A stretch of 64,000 bases of DNA. It comes from an uncultured archaeon (GTDB lineage Archaea; Asgardarchaeota; Heimdallarchaeia; Heimdallarchaeales; Heimdallarchaeaceae). This document shows, piece by piece, positions 49,564 to 58,369 of the stretch. Within the stretch, counting starts at the first letter, position 1; every line of letters starts with the position of its first letter. Under the pieces are notes generated by a model. It worked only from the letters and a program-made list of their open reading frames with translations. It made no database searches and was not told the origin of the DNA. The stretch lies in the NCBI GenBank assembly GCA_964534625.1, contig CAZHRF010000002.1:85711-149710 (forward strand), given 5' to 3'. Position numbers and translations under genes: made by a program.

Positions 49564-50337
49564 TTGTGGAAAAATGAATTAATCGGACAAGAAATAAAGG
49601 AGGTTTTGACAGCGTACAATACTCAATTAGCTCTTTCTATTAATCAACCTTTAGACTACAACAATTGGTATAAATTACGTATATCGAGTAATTCATCTGT
49701 CTATTTAAATCAAAAATTATTTTACCATTCATGGAAAGAAGAGTCAATAGTTAGGTTATTTAATTATGTAAATTCAGATAAACCGATTAGTAACATACCA
49801 ATTGATTCTGTACATTTACACGCAGATTTTTTTTGGAAAATAGATGATCAATTTAATACTACTAACCCATATGAACCACCAATCCCATATACTCCTTCAC
49901 CGCCTTTTATATTTAGATTTTTAAATAATTTTGCTTACTTTTTACCAATCCCATCTGTTATTATTATTGCCTTTACGCTATTTATCGTACTAAAATATTC
50001 TTCAAAAAAAGAAAAAGAACGCCTTACTAAACAAAAAAATATAGATCAGAGTATACCTTCTGCCAAATATGTAAAACAAGAAGCCAGATATGATCCACAA
50101 ACGGTCTATAGAATTCAAATACCTGTTGATGATGAAAATAAATTTGAACTGAAAACAGAACAATCTAACAATATTACATGTGTAATATGTTATCAAAACA
50201 TTACTGATAATAATCAAATATTAAGGTGTCCCTCATGTGATGTGGCTTTTCATAAAAACCACCTCCTTCAATGGGTGTTTGAAAATCAAAAATGTCCAAT
50301 ATGTAAAGCCAAACTTCGATATTCAGCAAAGGTATAA
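49564..50337 (+). CDS. Single-TM protein with C-terminal RING-finger (E3 ligase-like) domain
   Basis: TM followed by CVIC-x12-CPSC-x4-H-x2-H..W...CPIC. Confidence 0.8.
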   Translation: MWKNELIGQEIKEVLTAYNTQLALSINQPLDYNNWYKLRISSNSSVYLNQKLFYHSWKEESIVRLFNYVNSDKPISNIPIDSVHLHADFFWKIDDQFNTTNPYEPPIPYTPSPPFIFRFLNNFAYFLPIPSVIIIAFTLFIVLKYSSKKEKERLTKQKNIDQSIPSAKYVKQEARYDPQTVYRIQIPVDDENKFELKTEQSNNITCVICYQNITDNNQILRCPSCDVAFHKNHLLQWVFENQKCPICKAKLRYSAKV

Positions 50338-50431
50338 ATTGTTTTTATTCTTTTTTTCTTCATGTATATGTGCAATAATTTTTATACTGTTTCCTTAAGA
50401 TTGACAAAATTAGTTTAAGAGAGTGACATAA

Positions 50432-50665
50432 ATGTCTCAATTAGCATATGTTCTACTAAATGTTCAACCTGGGAATCTTGAAAATGTTCAAATTGGATTG
50501 AAAAAAATAGATGGTATCAGAGAGATCCATGCTGTTTATGGCGTCTATGATCTCATAATCAAAATAGAATTCGAAACAATGGATGAACTTAAATCAAGAA
50601 TACTAAATAATAGACTTATTAACGAAGGAATCAAAAATAGCATGACGATGATTTGTGTGGCTTAA
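50432..50665 (+). CDS. Stand-alone Lrp/AsnC ligand-binding (RAM) domain protein
   Basis: AYVLLNV.PG...HAVYGVYDLIIKI; no HTH. Confidence 0.88.
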   Translation: MSQLAYVLLNVQPGNLENVQIGLKKIDGIREIHAVYGVYDLIIKIEFETMDELKSRILNNRLINEGIKNSMTMICVA

Positions 50666-50707
50666 GAATTCGTTATATTTTTTACAATTTTTCATTAGAA
50701 TATTACT

Positions 50708-51913
50708 CTATGAAATCCCTACTTTTCTTTTGAGGATTTTCTCTATCCTTTCAACCAGAATAGTTGCTGGTATATCATATGTGTTTATTTTTGCTCTTCT
50801 ACCTCTTCTTCCAGGTGAAATTGGGCCAACTGCTTTCCCTATTATCCCCACTTTATTTAAGGTTTCAATAGCAGACCTAAATGTAGACTTACCTTTGGAT
50901 TCTTGACCAAATTCTTCTGCTACAATTAAGTATGATTCATAGCTTTTATCAATTGTAGTAGATGGAGCGTCTCCTTTTGCCAAACTTCTAGCAATGGCTA
51001 AAGCTGTAACTAACTCTTGGGTTCGTAATTCAGTTAAAACATCCCTTCTTAATTCTGGATATACATCTGCTTTCGCAGCACGGAGATAATCAGGATGAAT
51101 GAAACTTTCACCCTTTCGGTCAGCAATTTTACCAGCGCGATAGAGTATTTCAATAGCATGACGCGCATTTTGAGCACGATCACACATATCTACCGCCATT
51201 TCTAGGATCTCTTCAGAAAATACTTCTGGATTAAGAGCAAGTTCTGCTCGATAACGAAGTATAGTTAGTAGCTGGTTGCGATTATAACCAGGGATATCCA
51301 TTTGGTCATGGATATGACCAGATAATGGGACGTTAAGCAAAGAAACCCATTCACTAGGTCTTGAAATGACACATGTGGAAATCATGCTTTTCTCGGAACC
51401 GAAATATTCCCCCGCATGGAAAATACTAAGAATATCATCCGAATCAAGCATATTTGCCTCATCTAAGCCAATAATTAGACGGATATCTTCTTTCGTTAAA
51501 CGTTTAACAAGCATTTCTAATATTTCTTCATCAGAAAAACCCCGAGATTGGATGTGGAAGTTTTCTGATAAAATGTTACGTAATATAGCTGTTTTAGATC
51601 TAAATGAGTGACAATTATAGTAAAGGAATTTGACTTTAATATTTCTTTTAAGAGCTATCTCTTCAAACTTTGACATAGTATATTTACAAATGGCGGTTTT
51701 ACCAATCCCAGCTTGTCCCACTATGGCAACATTAACTGAAAATGAGCCTTCTTTACCTAATAATGTACGGAAATTACTTGCAAGTCGCCTAATTTGTTTC
51801 TCTCTTTCTGGTAAGTTGGGGGGTACATATTCAGGAAAAAGTGTAGATTCTTTGCCCTTTTTGAAAATAGATTTACCGAACATAGAATCTTCGATGATTT
51901 CTTTACCATCCAT
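50708..51913 (-). CDS. cdc6: Orc1/Cdc6 replication initiation protein
   Basis: LFPEYVP..LPERE, GQAGIGKT, YYNC, LDEA, NARHAI, C-terminal wHTH with RRGR. Confidence 0.95.
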   Translation of the reverse strand: MDGKEIIEDSMFGKSIFKKGKESTLFPEYVPPNLPEREKQIRRLASNFRTLLGKEGSFSVNVAIVGQAGIGKTAICKYTMSKFEEIALKRNIKVKFLYYNCHSFRSKTAILRNILSENFHIQSRGFSDEEILEMLVKRLTKEDIRLIIGLDEANMLDSDDILSIFHAGEYFGSEKSMISTCVISRPSEWVSLLNVPLSGHIHDQMDIPGYNRNQLLTILRYRAELALNPEVFSEEILEMAVDMCDRAQNARHAIEILYRAGKIADRKGESFIHPDYLRAAKADVYPELRRDVLTELRTQELVTALAIARSLAKGDAPSTTIDKSYESYLIVAEEFGQESKGKSTFRSAIETLNKVGIIGKAVGPISPGRRGRRAKINTYDIPATILVERIEKILKRKVGIS

Positions 51914-52076
51914 TGTAATTCATTATTATTATATATAATGGCATATAAAAGAATACCTACTACTATTAAACGCCAATAAGTAATTCAGATAACAATTTAA
52001 ACTTAATACGTTCTGAACATTTAGCTTTTTAAAAGTAAATAAAGATTTAAATTAATGACGTATTTAACATTGTTAA

Positions 52077-52526
52077 ATGGACGAATCAAAATCTTCCCCA
52101 ATCAAGGAAAGAATTAGAATAAAACTTATAGATGTGGATGATGTACCAGCCCAGTTCTTCCCATTCTTTACATCTTATACTATATTTTTTGATTCTAGTG
52201 TTAATTTATATGGTTTTTATGCTAATAAAGAGTTAATAGCTGTGACTGCCTTAATTACAGATGATCCAGAAAGGAAAGATGGTTTTTTAACATATGGCTA
52301 CGACATTATTTATGTATTTGAAGTTCGACAAGATTTGAGAAATAAAGGGTATGGCAAGATCTGTGCAAGAATGATAATAGAAGAGCTGGTTGATGGTGAT
52401 ACCGTACAATTGTGTTGTTCAGCTATGGTTGCTCCATTCTGGGAGAAAGTAGGTTTTGAACTTAGATTTGTTGATCAATCTTTATATGTCCATAAGATGA
52501 TATTTGAGCGAATTGAAGAAAAATAA
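52077..52526 (+). CDS. GNAT acetyltransferase
   Basis: FEVRQDLRNKGYGK, FWEKVGF. Confidence 0.85.
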   Translation: MDESKSSPIKERIRIKLIDVDDVPAQFFPFFTSYTIFFDSSVNLYGFYANKELIAVTALITDDPERKDGFLTYGYDIIYVFEVRQDLRNKGYGKICARMIIEELVDGDTVQLCCSAMVAPFWEKVGFELRFVDQSLYVHKMIFERIEEK

Positions 52527-52540
52527 AGATAAGAATGCTA

Positions 52541-54085
52541 TTAACTTTTTTCTAAATTCTTAGGTCCAGATGAAATTCTTTGTAATATCATCCCTTCCAA
52601 GACATATGGCTTTAAACTCGTAGCTAATGCTATAGCTTCTGTCAAACGGGATTCATTGTCAGAATAAATTGTCATTAAAGCTTCATCTTTCCTCACAAAT
52701 TCGCCTAGTTTTTTGTTTAAATATACCCCTGCAGCTTTATGTTTCGGATTTCCTGCTGCTTTACAAACTTTTTTTACTCCTGAATTAGATACTTGTACAA
52801 TATATCCATCCCTTGGTGCCTTAATCTCATGTTTGTGTGGTCCTATTTGTATGTCATCTGGTTTGATATTTGGATCACCATTTTGCGCTCCTATGATCTC
52901 GCGGAATTTTTTAAGGGATTTACCACTTTTAACATATTTAGTGGCTAGGTTTGAACCTTGTCCTTGTTTAGCTAGGTTAGCCATTTCGAATAATATTCCC
53001 GCAAGTTCAACACTTTTTTCTAATACACTATGAGAACCTTCTCCCATTAATGTCATTAAAGCTTCTTTTGCTTCTAAGGCTGGACCAACCGCACGTCCTA
53101 ATGGTTGTTCTCCATAACTTAGTGCTGCTTCAATAACAATTGACAATCTTCTACCTAATTCCGTGCATTCTTGTGCATATTCAAGGGCGTCTTGACGAGT
53201 AGGCATCTTTGTACCTGCTCCAGTTGGAATATCTAAAACCAAGTAGTCAACACCAGTTGATACTTTCTTACTAAAAATACTTGCTAACATTTGACTATGT
53301 GGATCAATTCCTAATGGTTGTTCTACCTTGTGGATAACAATTTCATCCAATGGTGATAAGTCTAGTGTACCTCCCCAAACTATCATACCCCTTACTTTGG
53401 GAGCAATTTCTAAAATTTCATCTGCAGAAAAGTCCACATCACATAAGACTTCCATGGTATCTGCTGTTCCTGAAGGACTAGTTATAGCTCGAGAACTTGT
53501 CTTGGGGATCAGTAAACCTGCCGCAGCAATAGTTGGAACAATAAGTGGACTCACTTTATTTCCTGGTATACCTCCAATACTATGTTTATCATAAACTGGC
53601 TCATCAAATTGTAGTGTTGTACCATATTCTGCCATATGTGTTGTTAAATATTGGACTTCGTCCATATTAAGACCCAAATAATATTGAGCCAAAGTGAACA
53701 TAGAAATTTCTAGATCTGTGTATTGATTACCGCAGATATCATGGACTATAGTTCTGATTTCAGATTCTGACCAGATTTGTCCTTTCCTTTTTGTTTTTAT
53801 ACATTCTAATGATGCGGGTTTTCTACGTGAAAAAATGGAAATCTCATCGCCTTCTTTTACTTTAAGTTTATTAAAAATTTCTTCAGGTAAACCGATAAAA
53901 TTGGGTTCAACCAATGACCCAGTACTAATTACCTGACCAATAAGTTCTTGGGAACCATTTTTAAGCTTAATGTAATCTGATGTTCGAATTTTTTGCTTAT
54001 CTAATGTTTCTTGATTTATTAAAACTAAATCACTATCAATTGTTAAATCTACTTTTTGTATTTTTAAACTTGTCAAATAAATCAC
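52541..54085 (-). CDS. deoA: AMP phosphorylase (archaeal DeoA type)
   Basis: N-terminal double-psi barrel, DKHSIGGIPGNK, KTSSRAITSPSGTAD, GPALEA. Confidence 0.93.
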   Translation of the reverse strand: MIYLTSLKIQKVDLTIDSDLVLINQETLDKQKIRTSDYIKLKNGSQELIGQVISTGSLVEPNFIGLPEEIFNKLKVKEGDEISIFSRRKPASLECIKTKRKGQIWSESEIRTIVHDICGNQYTDLEISMFTLAQYYLGLNMDEVQYLTTHMAEYGTTLQFDEPVYDKHSIGGIPGNKVSPLIVPTIAAAGLLIPKTSSRAITSPSGTADTMEVLCDVDFSADEILEIAPKVRGMIVWGGTLDLSPLDEIVIHKVEQPLGIDPHSQMLASIFSKKVSTGVDYLVLDIPTGAGTKMPTRQDALEYAQECTELGRRLSIVIEAALSYGEQPLGRAVGPALEAKEALMTLMGEGSHSVLEKSVELAGILFEMANLAKQGQGSNLATKYVKSGKSLKKFREIIGAQNGDPNIKPDDIQIGPHKHEIKAPRDGYIVQVSNSGVKKVCKAAGNPKHKAAGVYLNKKLGEFVRKDEALMTIYSDNESRLTEAIALATSLKPYVLEGMILQRISSGPKNLEKS

Positions 54086-54377
54086 CTAAATTTATAGGGA
54101 AATAAAAGATGTATCTGCCACTATATAATCCTTTTGGGTTAAGAGTATTAGATGATCCTTTTTAGTAAATAAATAATACTTATTTTAGTAAATTAGAAAA
54201 GAAATACTCGTATAATATGAAATTAAACAAAAAAAAACATAGACCTTAGAGTTCATCTCACTTGAGAAATATATGGACAGCTAAGTATGCTTAAACCATC
54301 GCAAAAAAGTTTACTGAGATGAACTTTGAAGCTCGTGAAAAAAAAGGAAAAGAAATAAAAATAAAACAAGAAGCACT

Positions 54378-55337
54378 TTACTCTCGTTTAGCAAGTTTCC
54401 GTGCTTCAAGTCTTAGTTTAAGTTTTTGTATTAAATTAAGTCTAAATACTATTATTATACTTAAAATCACTACAATTATAGGTACCCATACAACTAGCGT
54501 AGACATTGTGTATGGTAGCCCAAAACCATGTAATCTTATAAGTTCCATATATCCCGATCCAATCAAACTTTCCTCTTCATCATATAGATCTGCCTTATAA
54601 GTCATTTCATTGAGTAGACCAGTTTTCATATCAAATGTTAGCGTGGCGTCAATAATTTTACCAGATGAAACTGAACCACCCGAATAATCATAAATGAGTA
54701 ATCCATTTTCTATTTGAGTAAATACCCAATAGTCATATCCCTCAATATCTTCATGGTTCTGACAGAATTCAAGGAATACTGCAAAAGGAACTATTCCATC
54801 TCCAGTAATATATTGTGGGTCGTCTAAATCTGCTGGAGTATACTCACCTTTGAAAAGACTGGTCATATTCACCTCTATAGGTAGTACGTATTTTAAAACT
54901 CCTCGTATTTTATCTGAAGTAGATTGATAGCCGGCAGCTACATCATTTACATAGACTTGACCCCAATTCTCAGGATTGCCTGGAATTAAATCTGGTCTAC
55001 TCTGAATTTGTAATTCAATATTATCTCTTATTTTAATTCTCTTGTCGCCTTCTGCCATATGCACGTCCTCATCTCTCTCGATTTCTTTAACTCTCCATCG
55101 GAATCTTGAGTCAACAGAGATAGAACTGTGATATGTAAAGTTAGAAAGCTGTCTCAAATTAGGGTACATGCCTGGAACTGCTGTGTTTTCTTGACTTAAA
55201 GTTATATTCGTATCTTTCTTTGTTGTTACTTGTTCTAAAGCATTTACAGAAGAATAAGTATTTATCAAAAAAGCAGGTATTAGTAATATAATCATTACTG
55301 AAAAATAAATTTTTGATTTCTTCATTATCATCACCAA
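54378..55337 (-). CDS. Secreted, C-terminally anchored protein
   Basis: Signal peptide, FDMKTGLL motif, C-terminal TM with basic tail. Confidence 0.7.
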   Translation of the reverse strand: MVMIMKKSKIYFSVMIILLIPAFLINTYSSVNALEQVTTKKDTNITLSQENTAVPGMYPNLRQLSNFTYHSSISVDSRFRWRVKEIERDEDVHMAEGDKRIKIRDNIELQIQSRPDLIPGNPENWGQVYVNDVAAGYQSTSDKIRGVLKYVLPIEVNMTSLFKGEYTPADLDDPQYITGDGIVPFAVFLEFCQNHEDIEGYDYWVFTQIENGLLIYDYSGGSVSSGKIIDATLTFDMKTGLLNEMTYKADLYDEEESLIGSGYMELIRLHGFGLPYTMSTLVVWVPIIVVILSIIIVFRLNLIQKLKLRLEARKLAKRE

Positions 55338-55450
55338 ATAGGTTCTTTACACTTGTTCAAGTGTTAATTGAAACATTTTTAAGTCTATCGGATTAAACTG
55401 AAATAAAAAAGTTATTTACCTTTTAATAGTTTTTGAAGAAAGACTATAAA

Positions 55451-55588
55451 AAAACCTCGCTTATGACAGGGTCACCTATCCCAGAGTTAGCTTTTTTGAT
55501 CACAAGAAAAGAAAAAAGATATAAAACCTCGCGGGTGACAAGTCACCTATCCCAAAGTAAGCTTTTTGATCTCAAGAAAATAAAAAAG
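55451..55588. repeat. Imperfect intergenic direct repeat (two copies, period 72 bp) with TGAC-N2/3-GTCA core
   Basis: aaaacctcgc...tgac...gtcacctatccca...agcttttt..gatc.caagaaaa at 55451 and 55523. Confidence 0.85.
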
Positions 55589-55723
55589 TTACAAAACAGT
55601 AAGTATTCACATAAGAGAACTCATTAGTGATTAACACAATTGATTGAAAGGAAACAAAAAAATGGAAATATGAAGATCAAGATACTTTTTTTATTTGAAG
55701 GAAATTTCCATAAGAAAAAATCA

Positions 55724-56443
55724 TTATGGTTTTACTGTGAAATACAATCTCTTGTTATTTTTTCCTCTGCTTTCTGATTTGATTGGAATGAATTTTCCAA
55801 TTTCTACTGTACTAGAAACATGAATTCCCCCATCAGCCTGTTTATCAACCCCTACTATTTCAACTATGCGTATTGTTTTGATGAATTCTGGAATAAGGTT
55901 AACTTTAGTACGAATAAGATTTGGGTCTTTTAATGCTTCACTTCTTGGGATATAAGATACTTGAATGGGATGATTTTCGTCAATTATTTTCTGAATATGT
56001 TCAGTAATTTCATTCACTCTATTCTTATGAAGGTGATCAATTTCAAAATCTACTCGTGCTTTTTCTGGAGTAATATTACCGCCTGTTACAACCGCGCCAT
56101 ATTTTTTATATAGCATACCTGAAATGGCATGTAAGGTTGTATGCAATCTCATTTGCCGATAACGTGGTTCCCAGTTGATTCTACATATTGCTTCTTTTCC
56201 AATCAAATCTTTACTTGGGGGAGAGAGAGTATGGTGCAACACTTGACCTTTTTTTGAGGTAACTTTTTGAATTTTAAATGACAAATTATTCGTAATTTTG
56301 ATAATGCCTGAATCAGAATCTAAACCCCCTCCTCGAGGAGAAAAAGCTGTTTTATCTAAAATTAAGGCATTGTCTTGAATGTCAATGATGTTTGCAGTAA
56401 ATTTTTTCAAATATGAATCTTGTTGGTAAAGTAACTCAGTCAT
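55724..56443 (-). CDS. alaXM: Alanyl-tRNA editing protein AlaX-M
   Basis: LYQQDSYL, GGG..SDSG, MRLHTTLH, ARVDF, ADGGIHV. Confidence 0.92.
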   Translation of the reverse strand: MTELLYQQDSYLKKFTANIIDIQDNALILDKTAFSPRGGGLDSDSGIIKITNNLSFKIQKVTSKKGQVLHHTLSPPSKDLIGKEAICRINWEPRYRQMRLHTTLHAISGMLYKKYGAVVTGGNITPEKARVDFEIDHLHKNRVNEITEHIQKIIDENHPIQVSYIPRSEALKDPNLIRTKVNLIPEFIKTIRIVEIVGVDKQADGGIHVSSTVEIGKFIPIKSESRGKNNKRLYFTVKP

Positions 56444-56580
56444 ACATAAAAAAATAGTAATTCATTTTTTTAACTTTTCATTGTGGTGAATCAATAATCC
56501 CATGATTTATAAAACCCGAATATTTTTTCAAGGATACGAGCCATAAGGGCTCAAAAAGTCCAATGAATTGTGATAAAAAC

Positions 56581-57033
56581 ATGTCAATAGAGATAGACGT
56601 GATGAATACAGAAAAAGAATTAAATGAACTAGATGAACTATCAAAAGATACCTTTGTTAATTTTCTTCATAAATATTTAGGAGAATATGGTGATAGTAAA
56701 TCAGCAATAAGAAAATCAATAGATTACGCTTTTTGTAAAGAGAAAGGAAAAGGAGGATTCGTTCTAGTTGCTAAAGAAAATAGTGAACTAGTTGGTGGAT
56801 TGGTAATGAACAAAACAGGAATGGGGCAGTATATACCAGAAAATGTTTTAGTTTATGCAGCAGTGCGAAAGAGTGATAGAGGGAAAGGCTATGGAACCAA
56901 AATCATAAAAAAAGGGATCAAACAAGCAACAGGCAATGTAAAACTGCATGTTGAATATGATAATCCCGCTAAAAAACTCTATGAACGATTAGGCTTTGTT
57001 AACAAATATGCGGAAATGAGGTTCAAGAAGTAG
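56581..57033 (+). CDS. GNAT acetyltransferase (racemase-associated type)
   Basis: KTGM.QYIPENVLVY, RGKGYG, LHVEYDNPAKKLYERLGF. Confidence 0.9.
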   Translation: MSIEIDVMNTEKELNELDELSKDTFVNFLHKYLGEYGDSKSAIRKSIDYAFCKEKGKGGFVLVAKENSELVGGLVMNKTGMGQYIPENVLVYAAVRKSDRGKGYGTKIIKKGIKQATGNVKLHVEYDNPAKKLYERLGFVNKYAEMRFKK

Positions 57034-57044
57034 AGTTGGTATAT

Positions 57045-58127
57045 ATGGCAACAATGACCATTGACATTGAACGAATAATAGCTAATGTAAAAAAACTTGA
57101 TAAATTTTTGAAAAAACATGATAAGACTTGGTCGTTGGTGGTTAAAGTTCTTGGTGGGCATTACAAAGTGCTTGAATCACTATTGGTACCAGAAGTCTTG
57201 TCTAGGATTGATTCAATAGCAGATTCAAGATTACATTCACTTAAAAACATAAAAGAAATTAATCCCGATATAAGAACGATGTATATAGCCCCCGCACCAG
57301 TGGATGCAGCGAGAGAAGTTGTAAAAGTTGCAGATGTATCACTTAATACTTCGTATAAGGCTATTAAAGCTCTTAATAACGAGGCAAAGAAACAAAATAA
57401 AATACACGATATTATTGTTATGATAGAACTGGGCGAACTGAGAGAGGGAATCCTTAGAGAGAATGTTGTAAACTTTTTTTCTAAAGTATTTAAGATGGAA
57501 AATATTAATGTGTTAGGCTTAGGTACAAACTTAGGTTGTATGCATGGTGTACTGCCCAATAGAGATAAATTAATTCAATTGTGTTTGTATAAGCAGATAA
57601 TTGAAATGAAATTTGATACAACGCTATCAGTACTATCTGGAGGTAGCTCAATAAGTCTTCCTTTACTTGAACAAGGAAAATTTCCTGTAGATGTAAATCA
57701 TTTGAGAATCGGTGAAGCTGCATTTCTTGGTACTTCTCCTTTTGATAACAAAAAATTTGACGGATTGAGTACAGAAGCATTCGAGTTTAATGCGTCAGTT
57801 TTAGAACTTGAAAAGAAAGAACAAGTACCCGAAGGAATTATATCAGAGGGCAACATAGGACATACTGTTCCTATAAGTGAAGAAGATAATAATACAGACA
57901 AAGAGTACAGGGCGGTAGTGGATTATGGCCTTGTAGATGTTGAAGCAGACGATTTAGAACCAAAAGATCAAACTTTACAGTTAGCAGGAACAACTTCTGA
58001 TATGACTGTATATAGACTAGCTGAAAAAAGCGATTATTCAGTTGGCGATTTAATATTCTTTAAACCAAATTATACGGCTGTAGCTCGTATTATGAATTCA
58101 AAGTTTATATTGACAAGAGTAAAATAA
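57045..58127 (+). CDS. PLP-dependent alanine/ornithine racemase family protein
   Basis: VVKV (PLP Lys), ADSR, MIELGELREG, GTNLGC, SGGSS, LRIGE, SDM. Confidence 0.88.
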   Translation: MATMTIDIERIIANVKKLDKFLKKHDKTWSLVVKVLGGHYKVLESLLVPEVLSRIDSIADSRLHSLKNIKEINPDIRTMYIAPAPVDAAREVVKVADVSLNTSYKAIKALNNEAKKQNKIHDIIVMIELGELREGILRENVVNFFSKVFKMENINVLGLGTNLGCMHGVLPNRDKLIQLCLYKQIIEMKFDTTLSVLSGGSSISLPLLEQGKFPVDVNHLRIGEAAFLGTSPFDNKKFDGLSTEAFEFNASVLELEKKEQVPEGIISEGNIGHTVPISEEDNNTDKEYRAVVDYGLVDVEADDLEPKDQTLQLAGTTSDMTVYRLAEKSDYSVGDLIFFKPNYTAVARIMNSKFILTRVK

Positions 58128-58369
58128 ATGCTCCAATTACTCTGTCTTTATCTTTATTAGTAAAGATGGAACAAAAATTATCTTTCCTTATTTTTTATGT
58201 GTTTTCAGTAGAAGCTAATTGGCTTATATTTTATGTTTAAAAAAAGAACTTAAACGTAATACATAAAAATAGCATAAAGATAAGAAGTTTGCAATTTTAA
58301 AAGCATTATATATTTAGCTTTTAATACTGATACAATACACATTATCATATGCTATGGAACTAGATAATT

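Larger units (their letters stand above)
49022..50337 (+). pseudogene. Frameshifted signal peptide-ectodomain-TM-RING gene (about 437 aa if repaired)
   Basis: Removing one A from A8 (49025-49032) gives MKKRFISSYLLLSLLVINV in frame with ORF 49062; removing one base in 49534-49560 joins it to ORF 49564. Confidence 0.6.

Noticed and set aside
49560-49566. Selenocysteine or stop readthrough joining the RING fragments
   Set aside because: The downstream ORF is in a different frame, so readthrough cannot join them
51914-52076. Replication origin next to cdc6
   Set aside because: AT-rich, but no repeated ORB-like motifs or G-strings are visible
55433-55627. 64-aa ORF or CRISPR array at the 72-bp repeat
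   Set aside because: The ORF only translates the repeat; there are two copies, no unique spacers and no cas genes
55724-56443. Asp in place of the zinc-ligand Cys in AlaX (ADGGIH)
   Set aside because: As I recall, a common variant among AlaX-M proteins, so not treated as novel
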